Notes: generated by a model not told the origin, from the letters alone. DNA of 64,000 bases from Comamonas sp. (GCA_041984925.1 JBHIXF010000012.1:34029-98028); one strand, 5' to 3'. Counted from the first letter of the stretch, positions 19,298 to 30,318 are shown. Made by a program: numbers and translations.

Positions 19298-20119
19298 ATG
19301 CCGCCACGCGTGCTCGTCACCCGCCCGGCCCACGATGCGGCCGCCTGGGTGGATGCGCTGCAGGCCCGCGGCCTGCGGGCCCAGGCGCTGGCGCTGATGG
19401 CCATAGGGCCCTGCCGCGGCGAAAGCGCCCGGCAGGCCCTGCAAGCGGCCCGCGCCACCCTGTACGAAGGCCAGGGCTACCGCGCCGTGATGTTCGTCAG
19501 CGGCAACGCCGTCCAGCATTTCCTGGGCGCCGCGCCTGCCTGGCTGCCAGCATCCACCCGCGCCTGGACGCCGGGCCCCGGCACCGCGAAGGCGCTGCGG
19601 GCACTGGGCATTCCCGAAGAACAGATCGACGGCCCGCCGCCCGACGCAGCGCAGTTCGAATCGGAAACCCTGTGGCAGCGCGTGCATGCGCAGATCCGCC
19701 CCGGGGACCGCGTGCTCATCGTGCGCGGCGGCAGCTGCGCCGGCGCCCCCACCCCGGACGCCGCGCCGCTGGCCGCCACCGCCGGCGCCGGCCGCGACTG
19801 GCTCGCGGCCAGGCTGCGCGATGCCGGAGCCGAAGTCGAGCTGCTGGCGGTCTACCAGCGCGTGCTGCCCGAATGGGATGCCGCGCAGCGGCAGCTGGCG
19901 CAGCAGGCAGCCGCCGATGCGACGGTCTGGCTTTTCAGCAGCTCGGAATCCGTTGCCAATCTGCAACAGCTTTTGCCAGGCCAATCCTGGCGGCAGGCGC
20001 GAGCGCTCGCTACGCACGAACGCATCGCGGCCCAGGCGCAGCGCATCGGCTTCGGATATGTCAAGCAATGCCGCCCCGCACTGGAGGACGTGGTTGCGTC
20101 GATAGAATCGCTGGCATGA
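19298..20119 (+). CDS. hemD: Uroporphyrinogen-III synthase
   Basis: Start at the ATG at 19298 (MPPRVLVTRPAHDAAAW), 14 nt after the hemC stop. The length and position in hemCDXY fit HemD. Confidence 0.85.
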   Translation: MPPRVLVTRPAHDAAAWVDALQARGLRAQALALMAIGPCRGESARQALQAARATLYEGQGYRAVMFVSGNAVQHFLGAAPAWLPASTRAWTPGPGTAKALRALGIPEEQIDGPPPDAAQFESETLWQRVHAQIRPGDRVLIVRGGSCAGAPTPDAAPLAATAGAGRDWLAARLRDAGAEVELLAVYQRVLPEWDAAQRQLAQQAAADATVWLFSSSESVANLQQLLPGQSWRQARALATHERIAAQAQRIGFGYVKQCRPALEDVVASIESLA

Positions 20120-21267
20120 GCTCTGACGCCGCGCAAGACCGCCCCATTTCACCGGACAAGACGACAGCCTCCCCCCCTGCGGCAGTGGACTTTGCGGCAG
20201 GTTCGGCCCAAGGCGGCGCCGCTGGCGCGGCCCCCCGGCAGGTGTCCCCTGCACTGGTGTATGGCCTGGGCGCCGTGGCGGTGGCGGCGCTGATCGCCTG
20301 CGGCATGCTCTGGCAGCGCCTGGGCAACATCCAGGAGCAGCTGGCGCGCCAGTCGGCGCAGTCGGGCTCGCAGGCGGTCGAGGCCCGCACGCTGGCGCGC
20401 GATGCCCAGGACCTGGCGCGCGACAGCGCGGCCCGCACCTCGGTCATGGAGGCGCGCATCGCCGAGCTGTCGCTGCAGCGCACCCAGTTCGACGAGCTGA
20501 TGCAGAGCATGTCTCGCTCGCGCGATGAAAACCTGGTGGTGGACATCGAGTCGTCGGTCCGCATGGCCCAGCAGCAGGCCGAACTCTCGGGCAGCCTGCA
20601 GCCGCTGGTGGCCACGCTCAAGAACGCGCGCCAGCGCATCGAGCGCGCCGCCCAGCCCCGGCTGGCGCCCGTGCTGCGCGCGCTGGACCGCGACCTCGAG
20701 CGCCTGGCGCGCATGAGCGTCGCCGACACGGCCGGCCTGCTCACCCGCATCGAAGACCTGGTACGCCAGGTCGACGACATGCCGCTGCTCAACGCCGTGG
20801 CCCAGACGCGCGCCGGCCGCCAACGTGCCGTGCAGGGCAACGGCCCCCGCCCGCCCGCGGAGCCTGCCATCGAAGGCAATCCCACCGAATGGCGCTGGTG
20901 GCGGGCCTGGGGCGAGCGCGGCTGGACGGCCGTGCGCGAAGAGGCCGGAGACCTGGTGCGCGTCAGCCGCATCGACCACCCCGATGCCATCCTGCTGGCG
21001 CCCGAGCAGGCCTACTTCCTGCGCGAGAACCTCAAGCTCAAGCTGCTCAATGCGCGGCTGGCGCTGCTGTCGCGCCAATGGGAGGCCGCCCGGGCCGATC
21101 TGGCCGCCACGGGGGCCGCAGTGAACAAGTACTTCGACCCGGCGGGCCGCCGCACGCAGATCGTGCAGGCGCAGCTGCAGCAGATCCAGGCCAATCTGCG
21201 CACGGCCGAGCAGCCGACGCTCGACGAAACACTGGCAGCCCTGGCCACGGCCGCGGCCGGCCGCTGA
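20116..21267 (+). CDS. hemX: HemX-family protein (uroporphyrinogen-III C-methyltransferase-like membrane protein)
   Basis: The ATG at 20116 overlaps the hemD stop (ATGA). One TM segment (LVYGLGAVAVAALIACGML) is followed by a long coiled region, as in HemX. Confidence 0.8.
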   Translation: MSSDAAQDRPISPDKTTASPPAAVDFAAGSAQGGAAGAAPRQVSPALVYGLGAVAVAALIACGMLWQRLGNIQEQLARQSAQSGSQAVEARTLARDAQDLARDSAARTSVMEARIAELSLQRTQFDELMQSMSRSRDENLVVDIESSVRMAQQQAELSGSLQPLVATLKNARQRIERAAQPRLAPVLRALDRDLERLARMSVADTAGLLTRIEDLVRQVDDMPLLNAVAQTRAGRQRAVQGNGPRPPAEPAIEGNPTEWRWWRAWGERGWTAVREEAGDLVRVSRIDHPDAILLAPEQAYFLRENLKLKLLNARLALLSRQWEAARADLAATGAAVNKYFDPAGRRTQIVQAQLQQIQANLRTAEQPTLDETLAALATAAAGR

Positions 21268-21282
21268 GGCAGGGAGAGACGC

Positions 21283-22590
21283 ATGCGTGCAGCCCTGTGG
21301 TTGATCGGTTTGTTCGGCATGGCCGTCGCGGCCGCCTTGTTCGCGGGCTCCAACCAGGGCACGGTCACCCTGTTCTGGGCGCCTTACCGGCTGGATCTGT
21401 CGCTGAATCTGGCGATTGCGCTGACCGTGCTGGCCTTCGTGCTGCTCTATGCGGCGCTGCGCGCGCTGTCGGCGCTGCTGCGGATGCCGCACCAGGCCCG
21501 GCGCTGGCGCAACCAGCAAAAGGAGCGCGCCATGCACCAGAGCCTGCTGGAGGCGCTGTCGCACCTGCAGGCAGGGCGCTTTTTGCGCGCGCGCAAGTCC
21601 GCGCTGGCCGCGCTGTCGATGGAACAGTCGCTGGCCGACGCCCACGCCGCCATCCCGCATGGCGCACGCCTGCGCGCCGCGGCCCACATGGTCGCGGCCG
21701 ATGCATCGCACGCCCTGCAGGACAGCCCCCAGCGCGACGCCCACTGGCGCGAGGTGCTGGCCAATGCGCCAGCCCAGGGCAGCGCCCAGGAACAGGAAAT
21801 GCGCGAAGGCGCCCAGATGCGCGCCGCGCGCTGGGCCCTGGACGACCGGGATGCGGCCGACGCGCTGCGGCGCCTGGCCGAGCTGCCCCAGGGGGCGGCA
21901 CGGCGCACGATTGCGCTGCGCATCCGCCTGAAGGCCTCGCGCCTGGCTGGCCTGACATCGACGGCGCTGGACACGGCGCGCCTGCTGGCCAAGCACCGCG
22001 CCTTCTCGCCGGCCGCCGCGGCCAGCGTGGTACGCGGCCTAGTGCTGGAGAGCATCCAGGAGGCGCGCGACACCACGCAGCTGCAGCAGTTCTGGCTGTC
22101 TCTCGACAGCGAGGAGCGCGCCATGCCCGAGATCTCGCTGCCGGCCGCCTCGCGCCTGATCGCCCTGGGCGGCGAGCCCGCCCAGGCGCGCGCATGGCTG
22201 CAGCCCGTCTGGGAGCACCTGCTCAGCCACCCGGGCCCGCGCAGGGAGGCCCACCTGCCGCGCCTGGTCCAGGCCCTCGAAAACTGCCTGGACGGCCTGG
22301 ACGGCGCCTGGCTGGCGCGCATCGAAGCGGCCGCCACCGCACAGCCGCGCGAGCCGCGCCTGCAGTACCTGGCGGGCATGGCCTGCGTGCAGCGCCAGCT
22401 CTGGGGCAAGGCCCAGCAGCTGCTGCTGCGCGCAGCGCCCCATCTTCAGGAAAGTGCGCTGCGCACCCGCGCCTGGCAGCGGCTGGCCCTGATGGCCGAA
22501 CACCGCGGCGACGCAGCCGCGGCGGCCGATGCCTGGAAGCAGGCCGCGCAGGCCGTGGTCGTGCTGCCCGCCGATCCCGCCCGGCCCTGA
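21283..22590 (+). CDS. hemY: HemY-family protein (TPR-containing membrane protein)
   Basis: 435-aa ORF. HemY_N-like start with two TM helices (MRAALWLIGLFGMAVAAALF...LNLAIALTVLAFVLLYAAL) and Ala/Leu-rich TPR-like repeats. Last gene of hemCDXY. Confidence 0.8.
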   Translation: MRAALWLIGLFGMAVAAALFAGSNQGTVTLFWAPYRLDLSLNLAIALTVLAFVLLYAALRALSALLRMPHQARRWRNQQKERAMHQSLLEALSHLQAGRFLRARKSALAALSMEQSLADAHAAIPHGARLRAAAHMVAADASHALQDSPQRDAHWREVLANAPAQGSAQEQEMREGAQMRAARWALDDRDAADALRRLAELPQGAARRTIALRIRLKASRLAGLTSTALDTARLLAKHRAFSPAAAASVVRGLVLESIQEARDTTQLQQFWLSLDSEERAMPEISLPAASRLIALGGEPAQARAWLQPVWEHLLSHPGPRREAHLPRLVQALENCLDGLDGAWLARIEAAATAQPREPRLQYLAGMACVQRQLWGKAQQLLLRAAPHLQESALRTRAWQRLALMAEHRGDAAAAADAWKQAAQAVVVLPADPARP

Positions 22591-22785
22591 ACACGCGGCC
22601 GCCAGCGCGGCGGCCTTCATCTTTTTTGAACTGAGCCGTCAATACCGCTGAACTCTTTTGGATTTGCCGCTTCCTACACTGCAATCCGTACGCAGTGCAC
22701 GAAGCCCCGGCCGAACGCGCTGCATTCTTCGCCAGGCAGGGCCCCTTTTCCGGGGCCCTGAACGGTTCCAACGCCTGCCCCATCC

Positions 22786-23379
22786 ATGACAGAGTCTCCA
22801 GCCAGCGCCGCAGTCCCCGACAACCACCCACTCGCCGCCGGGCGCTACACCGGCGTGGCCATCGCCGCCCACTGGCTGCTGGGCCTGGGCCTGGTCTGCG
22901 CACTGGCGCTGGGCTGGTACATGACGGGGCTGCCCTTCTCCCCCTCACGCCTGAAGCTGTACAACTGGCACAAATGGCTGGGCATCAGCCTGCTGACCCT
23001 GAGCCTGCTGCGCCTGCTGTGGCGCCTGACGCACCGCCCGCCCGAGCTGCCCGCCGCCATCTCGCGCGCCATGCCGCGCTGGCAGCACTGGGCCCACAAC
23101 GGGACCCATCACGCCATGTACCTGCTGTTCTTCGCCGTGCCGCTGCTGGGCTGGGCCTACAGCTCGGCCGCGGGCTTTCCCATCGTCTTCCTGGGCGTGC
23201 TGCCCCTGCCGGACTTCGTGCCGGCCAGCCCCGCGCTGGCCGAAGCCATCAAGCCCCTGCACGGCTGGGCGGCCTGGGCCCTGGTCGTGCTGATCGCCAT
23301 GCATGTGGGCGCCGCCCTCAAGCACCAGTTCATCGACCGCGACGGCCTGATCTCGCGCATGCTGCCGGGCCGCGCCTGA
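22786..23379 (+). CDS. Cytochrome b561 family protein (CybB-like)
   Basis: 197-aa ORF with four TM helices and conserved His positions (IAAHWLL, WHKWLG, HHAMYLL, IAMHVGAALKH). Followed by two YceI genes, a common arrangement. Confidence 0.85.
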   Translation: MTESPASAAVPDNHPLAAGRYTGVAIAAHWLLGLGLVCALALGWYMTGLPFSPSRLKLYNWHKWLGISLLTLSLLRLLWRLTHRPPELPAAISRAMPRWQHWAHNGTHHAMYLLFFAVPLLGWAYSSAAGFPIVFLGVLPLPDFVPASPALAEAIKPLHGWAAWALVVLIAMHVGAALKHQFIDRDGLISRMLPGRA

Positions 23380-23461
23380 CCCCCTTCTCCAGCCCGGGCC
23401 GGCATCCCGCCGGCCCCAGCCACCCCCCGACCGAACCTCTGTGACCACAAGGAGTCTCGCC

Positions 23462-24034
23462 ATGCGCTTTTCCTCCACACTGACCACCATCGCCCTCGCC
23501 GCTGCCGCCCTGGCCAGCCAGGCCGCACTGGCCGAGCAAAAGCTCGTGCCCGCCCAGAGCGCCGTGAACTTCACGGCCAAGCAGATGGGTGTGCCGCTGC
23601 AAGGCCAGTTCAAGAAGTTCGACGCCCAGGTCCAGTTCGACACGGCCAGGCCCGAGGCCAGCAAGATCCGCTTCACCGTGGACACCGGCAGCGCCACCAT
23701 GGGCGCCAAGGAAACCGATGCCGAACTGCCCAAGGCCGACTGGTTCAACGTGGCCAAGTTTCCGCAAGCCGTCTTCGACTCCACGGCCGTCAAGGCGCTG
23801 GGCGGCGGCAAGTACCAGGTGGACGGCAAGCTCAACATCAAGGGCCAGGTCCAGAACGTGAGCATTCCCGTGCAGCTGGCCCAGTCCGGCGCCACCACCA
23901 CGGCCACCGGCACCCTGCCGCTCAAGCGCCTGCAGTTCAAGATCGGCGAAGGCGAATGGGGCGACACCTCCATGGTCGCCGACGAAGTCCAGGTCCAGTT
24001 CAAGCTGGCGCTCACCGGCGTGGGCAAGCTCTGA
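23462..24034 (+). CDS. YceI family periplasmic protein
   Basis: The ATG at 23462 is preceded by AAGGAG. Signal peptide MRFSSTLTTIALAAAALASQAALA. YceI-like blocks (SAVNFTAKQMGVPLQGQFKKF, GKLNIKG). Confidence 0.85.
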   Translation: MRFSSTLTTIALAAAALASQAALAEQKLVPAQSAVNFTAKQMGVPLQGQFKKFDAQVQFDTARPEASKIRFTVDTGSATMGAKETDAELPKADWFNVAKFPQAVFDSTAVKALGGGKYQVDGKLNIKGQVQNVSIPVQLAQSGATTTATGTLPLKRLQFKIGEGEWGDTSMVADEVQVQFKLALTGVGKL

Positions 24035-24081
24035 TCCCCGATTCGCACCGTTTCCATTACCGTCAACCAAGGAGTCTTTCC

Positions 24082-24657
24082 ATGCGCACTTCCGTGTTTG
24101 TCCTGGCCATCGCCGGCCTGTCCGCCACCGCAGCCCAGGCCGCTCCCGCGACCTATGCCATCGACCCCACCCACACCTTCGCCACCTTCGAGATCGACCA
24201 CAACGGCGCATCGACCAACCGCGTGCGCTTCGACAAGAAGAGCGGCACCGTGGAATTCGACCGTGAGGCCAAGACCGGCAAGGTCGAGGTCGTGCTGGAA
24301 ATGGATTCGCTGAACTCGGGCACCGCCGCATTCGACAAGCACCTCAAGAGCGCCGACATCTTCAACGTGGCCAAGTTCCCCCAGGCGAAGTTCGTGTCCG
24401 ACAAGTTCGTCTTCGACGGCGACAAGCTCAAGGAAGTCACGGGCCGGCTGACCATCCTGGACAAGACCCAGCCCGTGACCATCAAGGCCAACAAGTTCAC
24501 CTGCTACCCCAACGCCATGCTGCAAAAGCGCGAGACCTGCGGCGGCGACTTCGAGGCCGTGATCGACCGCACCGCCTTCGGCGTGAACTACGGCGTGGAC
24601 TACGGCTTTCCCAAGCAAGTGCGCCTGGTGATGTCCATCGAGGCCGTCAAGCAGTAA
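24082..24657 (+). CDS. YceI family periplasmic protein (second copy)
   Basis: The ATG at 24082 is preceded by AAGGAG. It has a signal peptide plus AIDPTHTFATFEIDHNG and GRLTILDKTQPV blocks. Confidence 0.85.
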   Translation: MRTSVFVLAIAGLSATAAQAAPATYAIDPTHTFATFEIDHNGASTNRVRFDKKSGTVEFDREAKTGKVEVVLEMDSLNSGTAAFDKHLKSADIFNVAKFPQAKFVSDKFVFDGDKLKEVTGRLTILDKTQPVTIKANKFTCYPNAMLQKRETCGGDFEAVIDRTAFGVNYGVDYGFPKQVRLVMSIEAVKQ

Positions 24658-24693
24658 TCCCCGCGCCGCGCTGCGAAACGCCGGCGGATCCAG

Positions 24694-24727
24694 GCCCGTG
24701 CACCGAACCCGGTCACGGGCTTTTTTA
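24694..24727 (+). terminator. Intrinsic terminator after the cytochrome b561-YceI-YceI unit
   Basis: GCCCGTG...CACGGGC stem with inner ACCG/CGGT pairs, followed by TTTTTTA. Confidence 0.75.
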
Positions 24728-24745
24728 CGGGCCGGATTTGGAACG

Positions 24746-25153
24746 ATGATAGAGCCCATGCGATGGCGTTTCGATCCTGTTTCCCTGGCCTGGGCGGTGG
24801 CCCTTTTCATCCTGCTCGTGCTGCTGGCCACCGTCGGCGCACGCTGGGGCTGGGTGCGCAGCTTTGTCGGCGACGTGATGGCCGTCGCCTGGGTCTATGC
24901 CGTGTTCAAGACCTTCATCGGCGCGCGCGTGCTGCCGCTGGCGTCGGCCGCGCTGGGCGTGGGCCTGCTGGTCGAACTGGGCCAGTACCTGGCCTCGGCC
25001 TGGCAGCTGCGCATTCCCAACCGCGCGCTGCGCATCGTGCTGGGCAGCACGCCCGACTGGTGGGACGTGCTGGCCTATGTGCTGGGCTTCGCCGCCATCG
25101 TCGCGGCTGAAGCCGCGCTGCGGCCGCGCCGCCTGGAGCCCGGCACGCCATGA
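24746..25153 (+). CDS. Small integral membrane protein (DUF2809-like)
   Basis: About 135 aa with 3-4 TM helices. The start is placed after the upstream terminator, because the GTG at 24698 lies inside the terminator stem. The stop overlaps the next gene's start (ATGA). The family assignment is tentative. Confidence 0.55.
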   Translation: MIEPMRWRFDPVSLAWAVALFILLVLLATVGARWGWVRSFVGDVMAVAWVYAVFKTFIGARVLPLASAALGVGLLVELGQYLASAWQLRIPNRALRIVLGSTPDWWDVLAYVLGFAAIVAAEAALRPRRLEPGTP

Positions 25154-25539
25154 CACCGCCGATCTACCTGGGAAGCTGCCTGTGCGGCCAGGTCCGCTAT
25201 GAGGCGCGGGCCCAGATCAAGGCCGTCTCGCACTGCCACTGCGGCATGTGCCGCAAGGCCCACGGCGCGGCCTTCGCCAGCTACGGCGCCGTCCCTGTCG
25301 CGCAGTTCGCCATCACCCACGGCGCACGGCACCTGCGCACCTACCCATCCTCGCCGGGCGTGGAGCGCTGCTTTTGTGCAGGCTGCGGCTCCCCGCTGAC
25401 CTGGCAGCGGACCTCGGGCGAATTCTCCGGCTGGATCTGCCTGGCCCTCGGCACGCTCGATACCGGGTTCACGCCCGCCAAACAGCGCCATGTCCATGCC
25501 GATGCTCCCCTGCCCTGGCTGGACCTGCACCCCCACTGA
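25150..25539 (+). CDS. GFA family protein (CENP-V/glutathione-dependent formaldehyde-activating fold)
   Basis: 129-aa ORF with the GFA Zn-binding cysteine pattern (CLCGQV...CHCGMCRK...CAGCGSPL). Confidence 0.82.
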   Translation: MTPPIYLGSCLCGQVRYEARAQIKAVSHCHCGMCRKAHGAAFASYGAVPVAQFAITHGARHLRTYPSSPGVERCFCAGCGSPLTWQRTSGEFSGWICLALGTLDTGFTPAKQRHVHADAPLPWLDLHPH

Positions 25540-25678
25540 ACGGCGGCGGCGGCGGCCGCCGCCGCCACCACCGCGTCCGCCACGCACGGCCAGCCATACC
25601 CCTGGCTTTCCACCGAAATTTCATTTAGGTTAATCAATTACGAATAGTAGAATCACAACATCCACCAAGGAGACATCG

Positions 25679-26308
25679 ATGAACACCACCGCCCGTCCCG
25701 ACCTGTCCACCCTGCCGCCGCCCGCCGCCGTGCAGCAGCTGCACCACTACGCCTACAAGGCGCGCGATGCCGAGGAGACCCGCCACTTCTACGAGGACAT
25801 CCTGGGCCTGCCGCTCTACCACATCATCCAGAGCGACTACGTGCCCAGCACCGGCGAATACTGCCCCTACACCCACTTCTTCTTCCGCCTCAGGGACGGC
25901 TCCTTCATCGCCTTCTTCGACATCGGTGACGATGAAAAGGCCCTGCCCTCGCCCAACACGCCGCTGTGGATCAACCACATCGCCTTCCGCGTGGACACGG
26001 TCCAGGAGCTGGAGAACACCAAGGCCCGCCTGCAGGCCCACGGCATCGAGGTGCTGGGCGTGACCGACCACCACATCTTCAAGAGCATCTATTTCTTCGA
26101 CCCCAACGGCATCCGCCTGGAGCTGTCGGCCCAGCTGGCCGACGAGGTGCAGATGGCGCGCGAGAGCACCACGGCGCATGCACGCCTGAACGAATGGACC
26201 GCCCGCAAGGAGCAATGGCGCAAGGAGCGCGCCGAAGGCAAGGCATCGCAGCCGCTCAAGCCCCAGAGCAACGACCGCCCCGAGTTCGTGCCGGGCGCCG
26301 CGGCCTGA
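25679..26308 (+). CDS. VOC family protein (glyoxalase/bleomycin-resistance/extradiol dioxygenase fold)
   Basis: 209-aa ORF with a VOC-type beta-alpha-beta-beta-beta pattern (HHYAYKARDAEETRHFYEDILGL...NHIAFRV...YFFDPNGIRLEL). It carries a charged ~50-aa C-terminal extension. Confidence 0.75.
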   Translation: MNTTARPDLSTLPPPAAVQQLHHYAYKARDAEETRHFYEDILGLPLYHIIQSDYVPSTGEYCPYTHFFFRLRDGSFIAFFDIGDDEKALPSPNTPLWINHIAFRVDTVQELENTKARLQAHGIEVLGVTDHHIFKSIYFFDPNGIRLELSAQLADEVQMARESTTAHARLNEWTARKEQWRKERAEGKASQPLKPQSNDRPEFVPGAAA

Positions 26309-26384
26309 ATAAGACCCGGAGAACAGACTGGCGGACGGGGTCGGTAGAATCCCCGTCAAACCGTCATCCATTGCGCAGTTGCAG

Positions 26385-26413
26385 ACGGCATCCCTTCACC
26401 GGATGCCGTTTTC
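26385..26413 (+). terminator. Intrinsic terminator after the VOC gene
   Basis: ACGGCATCC-CTTCACC-GGATGCCGT (9 bp) followed by TTTC. Confidence 0.7.
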
Positions 26414-26447
26414 ATTTGCCATTTGCCAAATTCCCCGCAAGCAAGCC

Positions 26448-29360
26448 ATGAGCGACACCATTGCCCAGCCAGGCCTCGACAGCCTGTCCAAATCGTTTGA
26501 ACCCGCCGCCATCGAGGCCCACTGGGGCCCCGAGTGGGAAAGGCGCGGCTACGGCGCGGCCGGCGTGCGCGGCACGGGCCGGGCGGACGCATCCCAGCCC
26601 TCGTTCTCCATCCAGCTGCCGCCGCCCAATGTGACGGGCACGCTGCACATGGGCCATGCGTTCAACCAGACCATCATGGACAGCCTCACGCGCTACCACC
26701 GCATGAAGGGCCACAACACGGTCTGGGTGCCGGGCACCGACCATGCGGGCATCGCCACGCAGATCGTGGTCGAGCGCCAGCTGCAGGAGCAGGGCATCGC
26801 CAGCCGCCACGACATGGGCGCCACGCCGCCCGAGGCCCGCAAGAACTTCGTGAGCAAGGTCTGGGAGTGGAAGAACCACAGCGGCAACACCATCACCGGC
26901 CAGATGCGCCGCATGGGCGACAGCGTGGACTGGAGCCGCGAGTACTTCACCATGGACGACAGGCTGTCGTCCATCGTCAACGAGACCTTCGTACGCCTGT
27001 ACCAGCAGGGCCTGATCTACCGTGGCAAGCGCCTGGTGAACTGGGACCCCAAGCTGATGTCCGCCGTCTCCGACCTGGAAGTGGAGAGCGAGGAAAAGGA
27101 CGGCTCGCTGTGGCACATCGCCTACCCGCTGACCGACGGCTCGGGCCAGCTCGTGGTCGCCACCACGCGCCCCGAGACCATGCTGGGCGACGTGGCCGTC
27201 ATGGTCCACCCCGAGGACGAGCGCTACCAGGCGCTGATCGGCAAGACCGTGACCCTGCCCCTGGTCGGCCGCCAGATCCCCATCATCGCCGACGAGTACG
27301 TGGACCGCGAGTTCGGCACGGGCGTGGTCAAGGTCACGCCCGCGCATGACAACAACGACTATGCCGTGGGCCAGCGCCACGGCCTGCCGATGATCTGCGT
27401 GCTGACGCTGACGGCCACCATCAACGACGAGGCGCCCGAGAAATACCGGGGCCTGGACCGCTTCGTGGCCCGCAAGGCCATCGTGGCCGACCTCGATGCG
27501 GCAGGCCTGCTGGTCGAGACCAAGAAGCACAAGCTCATGGTGCCGATCTGCACGCGCACGGGCCAGGTGATCGAGCCCATGCTGACCGACCAGTGGTTCG
27601 TGGCCATGAACAAGGTCGGCGAAGGCGATGCCACCGGCAAGTCCATCGCGCAGAAGGCCATCGACGCGGTGGCCAGCGGCCAGGTGCAGTTCGTGCCCGA
27701 GAACTGGGTCAACACCTACAACCAGTGGATGAACAACATCCAGGACTGGTGCATCTCGCGCCAGCTGTGGTGGGGCCACCAGATCCCCGCCTGGTACGAC
27801 GAGGACGGCAAGGTCTACGTGGCCCGCAGCGAAGCCGAGGCCCAGGCCCAGGCGCCCGGCAGGACGCTGACGCGCGACGAGGACGTGCTGGACACCTGGT
27901 ACTCCTCGGCCCTGGTGCCCTTCTCCACCATGGGCTGGCCGAACCAGACGGACGCGGCCGACGACGACTTCAACCTCTACCTGCCCAGCTCCGTGCTGGT
28001 CACGGGCTACGACATCATCTTCTTCTGGGTGGCCCGGATGATCATGATGACCACGCACTTCACGGGCCGCGTGCCCTTCCGCCATGTCTACATGCATGGC
28101 CTGGTGCGCGATGCCCAGGGCAAGAAGATGAGCAAGTCCGAAGGCAACGTGCTCGACCCCGTGGACCTGATCGACGGCATCGCCCTGGAGCAACTGCTGG
28201 ACAAGCGCACCCAGGGCCTGCGCCGCCCCGAGACCGCGCCCCAGGTGCGCAAGAACACGCAAAAGGAATTCCCCGAAGGCATTCCCGCCTACGGCGCCGA
28301 TGCGCTGCGCTTCACCTTCGCGGCCCTGGCCTCGCTGGGCCGCTCCATCAACTTCGACAGCAAGCGCTGCGAGGGCTACCGCAACTTCTGCAACAAGCTG
28401 TGGAACGCCAGCCGCTTCGTGCTGATGAACTGCGAAGGCCATGACTGCGGACTGCTGCCCCATACCAAGGAGCAATGCCAGCCGGGCGGCGAATTCGCGG
28501 GCTACATGCAGTTCAGCCAGCCCGACCGCTGGATCGCCTCGCAGCTGCAGAAGGTCGAGGCCGAGATCGCCAGGGGCTTTGCCGAGTTCCGCCTGGACAA
28601 CGTGGCCAACGCGCTCTACGACTTCGTCTGGAACGAGTTCTGCGACTGGTACCTGGAAATCGCCAAGGTGCAGATCCAGACCGGCAACGAAGCGCAGCAG
28701 CGCGCCACGCGCCGCACCCTGATCCGCACGCTGGAGGCCATCCTGCGCCTGGCCCATCCCATCATCCCGTTCGTGACGGAGGAGCTGTGGCAGAAGGTGG
28801 CCCCGGTCGCCGGCCTGCCCGGCGAATCCGTGGCCGTGGCCCGCTACCCCGAGGCCCAGCCCGAGAAGATCGACGAGGCCGCCATCGCCTACGTGGGCCG
28901 CATCAAGCAGATGATCGACGCCTGCCGCACGCTGCGCGGCGAGATGGGCGTTTCGCCGGCCCAGCGCCTGCCGCTGCTGGCGGTGGCCGGCTCGCTTGAC
29001 GAGGCGCAGTTCCTGCGCACCAACGCCGCCGTGCTGCAAAACCTGGCCAAGCTCAGCGAGGTCAAGGTGTTCGACGACGAGGCTGCCTGGGCCGAAGCCG
29101 CCCAGGCCGCGCCCGTGTGCGTGGTGGGCGAGGCGCGCCTGGCCCTGTTCGTGGAGATCGACGTGGCCGCCGAGAAGGCCCGCCTGTCCAAGGAAGCCGC
29201 ACGCCTGGAAGGCGAGATCACCAAGGCCAATGCCAAGCTGGGCAACGAGGCCTTCGTGGCCAAGGCCCCCCCGGCCGTGATCGACCAGGAAAAGAAGCGC
29301 GTCGCCGACTTCGGTGCGACGCTGGCCCGCATCCGCGAACAACTGGCCCGCCTGGGCTGA
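26448..29360 (+). CDS. valS: Valine--tRNA ligase
   Basis: Start at the ATG at 26448 ([26 protein letters not shown]). HIGH-type motif ([14 protein letters not shown]), KMSKS, and a C-terminal coiled coil. Confidence 0.96.
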   Translation: MSDTIAQPGLDSLSKSFEPAAIEAHWGPEWERRGYGAAGVRGTGRADASQPSFSIQLPPPNVTGTLHMGHAFNQTIMDSLTRYHRMKGHNTVWVPGTDHAGIATQIVVERQLQEQGIASRHDMGATPPEARKNFVSKVWEWKNHSGNTITGQMRRMGDSVDWSREYFTMDDRLSSIVNETFVRLYQQGLIYRGKRLVNWDPKLMSAVSDLEVESEEKDGSLWHIAYPLTDGSGQLVVATTRPETMLGDVAVMVHPEDERYQALIGKTVTLPLVGRQIPIIADEYVDREFGTGVVKVTPAHDNNDYAVGQRHGLPMICVLTLTATINDEAPEKYRGLDRFVARKAIVADLDAAGLLVETKKHKLMVPICTRTGQVIEPMLTDQWFVAMNKVGEGDATGKSIAQKAIDAVASGQVQFVPENWVNTYNQWMNNIQDWCISRQLWWGHQIPAWYDEDGKVYVARSEAEAQAQAPGRTLTRDEDVLDTWYSSALVPFSTMGWPNQTDAADDDFNLYLPSSVLVTGYDIIFFWVARMIMMTTHFTGRVPFRHVYMHGLVRDAQGKKMSKSEGNVLDPVDLIDGIALEQLLDKRTQGLRRPETAPQVRKNTQKEFPEGIPAYGADALRFTFAALASLGRSINFDSKRCEGYRNFCNKLWNASRFVLMNCEGHDCGLLPHTKEQCQPGGEFAGYMQFSQPDRWIASQLQKVEAEIARGFAEFRLDNVANALYDFVWNEFCDWYLEIAKVQIQTGNEAQQRATRRTLIRTLEAILRLAHPIIPFVTEELWQKVAPVAGLPGESVAVARYPEAQPEKIDEAAIAYVGRIKQMIDACRTLRGEMGVSPAQRLPLLAVAGSLDEAQFLRTNAAVLQNLAKLSEVKVFDDEAAWAEAAQAAPVCVVGEARLALFVEIDVAAEKARLSKEAARLEGEITKANAKLGNEAFVAKAPPAVIDQEKKRVADFGATLARIREQLARLG

Positions 29361-29367
29361 CAAACAC

Positions 29368-30255
29368 ATGAGCACCCAGACCCGTGTCCGCAAGGCCGTG
29401 TTCCCCGTCGCGGGACTCGGCACGCGCTTTCTGCCCGCCACCAAGGCTTCCCCCAAGGAGATGCTGCCCGTGGTGGACAAGCCACTGATCCAGTACGCCG
29501 TCGAGGAGGCCTACGAGGCCGGCATCCGCGACATGATCTTCGTCACCGGCCGCAGCAAGCGCGCCATCGAGGACCATTTCGACACCGCCTACGAGCTGGA
29601 AAACGAACTGGAGAATGCCGGCAAGCAGGCCATGCTGGAGCTGGTGCGCAGCATCAGCCCCGCCGACATGAACTGCCTGTTCGTGCGCCAGCCCCGCTCG
29701 CTGGGCCTGGGCCATGCCGTGCTGTGCGCCGAGCCGCTGGTCGGCAACGAGCCCTTTGCCGTGCTGCTGGCCGACGACCTGATGGTCGGCAACCCCGGCG
29801 GCCCCGGCGTGATGTCCCAGATGACCTCGGCCTTCCAGAAACAGGGCCGCTCGCTGCTGGCCGTGCAGGAAGTGCCGCTGGAGCAGACCCGGCGCTATGG
29901 CATCGTGGCCGGCGAGCCGGCCGGCGGCGCGCTGATGCGCATCGAGCAGATCGTGGAAAAGCCCGCGCCCGAGCAGGCCCCCTCGCGCATGGGCGTGGCC
30001 GGCCGCTATGTGCTCACGCCCGCCATCTTCGAGGAGATCCGCAACCAGCCCAAGGGCGTGGGCGGCGAGATCCAGCTGACCGATGCCATCGAGCGCCTGA
30101 TGGCCTCCGAGGCCGTCTACGCCTTCCAGTACCAGGGCAAGCGCTACGACTGCGGCAGCAAGGAAGGCTTTCTGCAGGCCACCGTGGAGCTGGCGCTGCA
30201 ACACGAAGACGTGGGCGCGAGCTTTCGCGAATACCTCAAGGCCTTGAGCGTCTGA
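29368..30255 (+). CDS. galU: UTP--glucose-1-phosphate uridylyltransferase
   Basis: Start at the ATG at 29368. The N-terminus [37 protein letters not shown] is the canonical GalU signature. Confidence 0.94.
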   Translation: MSTQTRVRKAVFPVAGLGTRFLPATKASPKEMLPVVDKPLIQYAVEEAYEAGIRDMIFVTGRSKRAIEDHFDTAYELENELENAGKQAMLELVRSISPADMNCLFVRQPRSLGLGHAVLCAEPLVGNEPFAVLLADDLMVGNPGGPGVMSQMTSAFQKQGRSLLAVQEVPLEQTRRYGIVAGEPAGGALMRIEQIVEKPAPEQAPSRMGVAGRYVLTPAIFEEIRNQPKGVGGEIQLTDAIERLMASEAVYAFQYQGKRYDCGSKEGFLQATVELALQHEDVGASFREYLKALSV

Positions 30256-30272
30256 GGGCCGCGCGCCCATGC

Positions 30273-30300
30273 AAAAAGGCCTGCGCAAGCAGGCCTTTTG
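30273..30300. terminator. Bidirectional terminator between galU and the TusA-like gene
   Basis: AAAAAGGCCTGC-GCAA-GCAGGCCTTTT. The hairpin is flanked by an A-run and a T-run. Confidence 0.75.
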
Positions 30301-30318
30301 CGTGGCGCCGCGCCCGGT

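Noticed and set aside
24698-24745. GTG start at 24698 for the DUF2809-like membrane protein, as suggested by the ORF track.
   Set aside because: This codon lies inside the stem of the terminator hairpin that ends the upstream YceI unit. The ATG at 24746, downstream of the T-tract, is more plausible.
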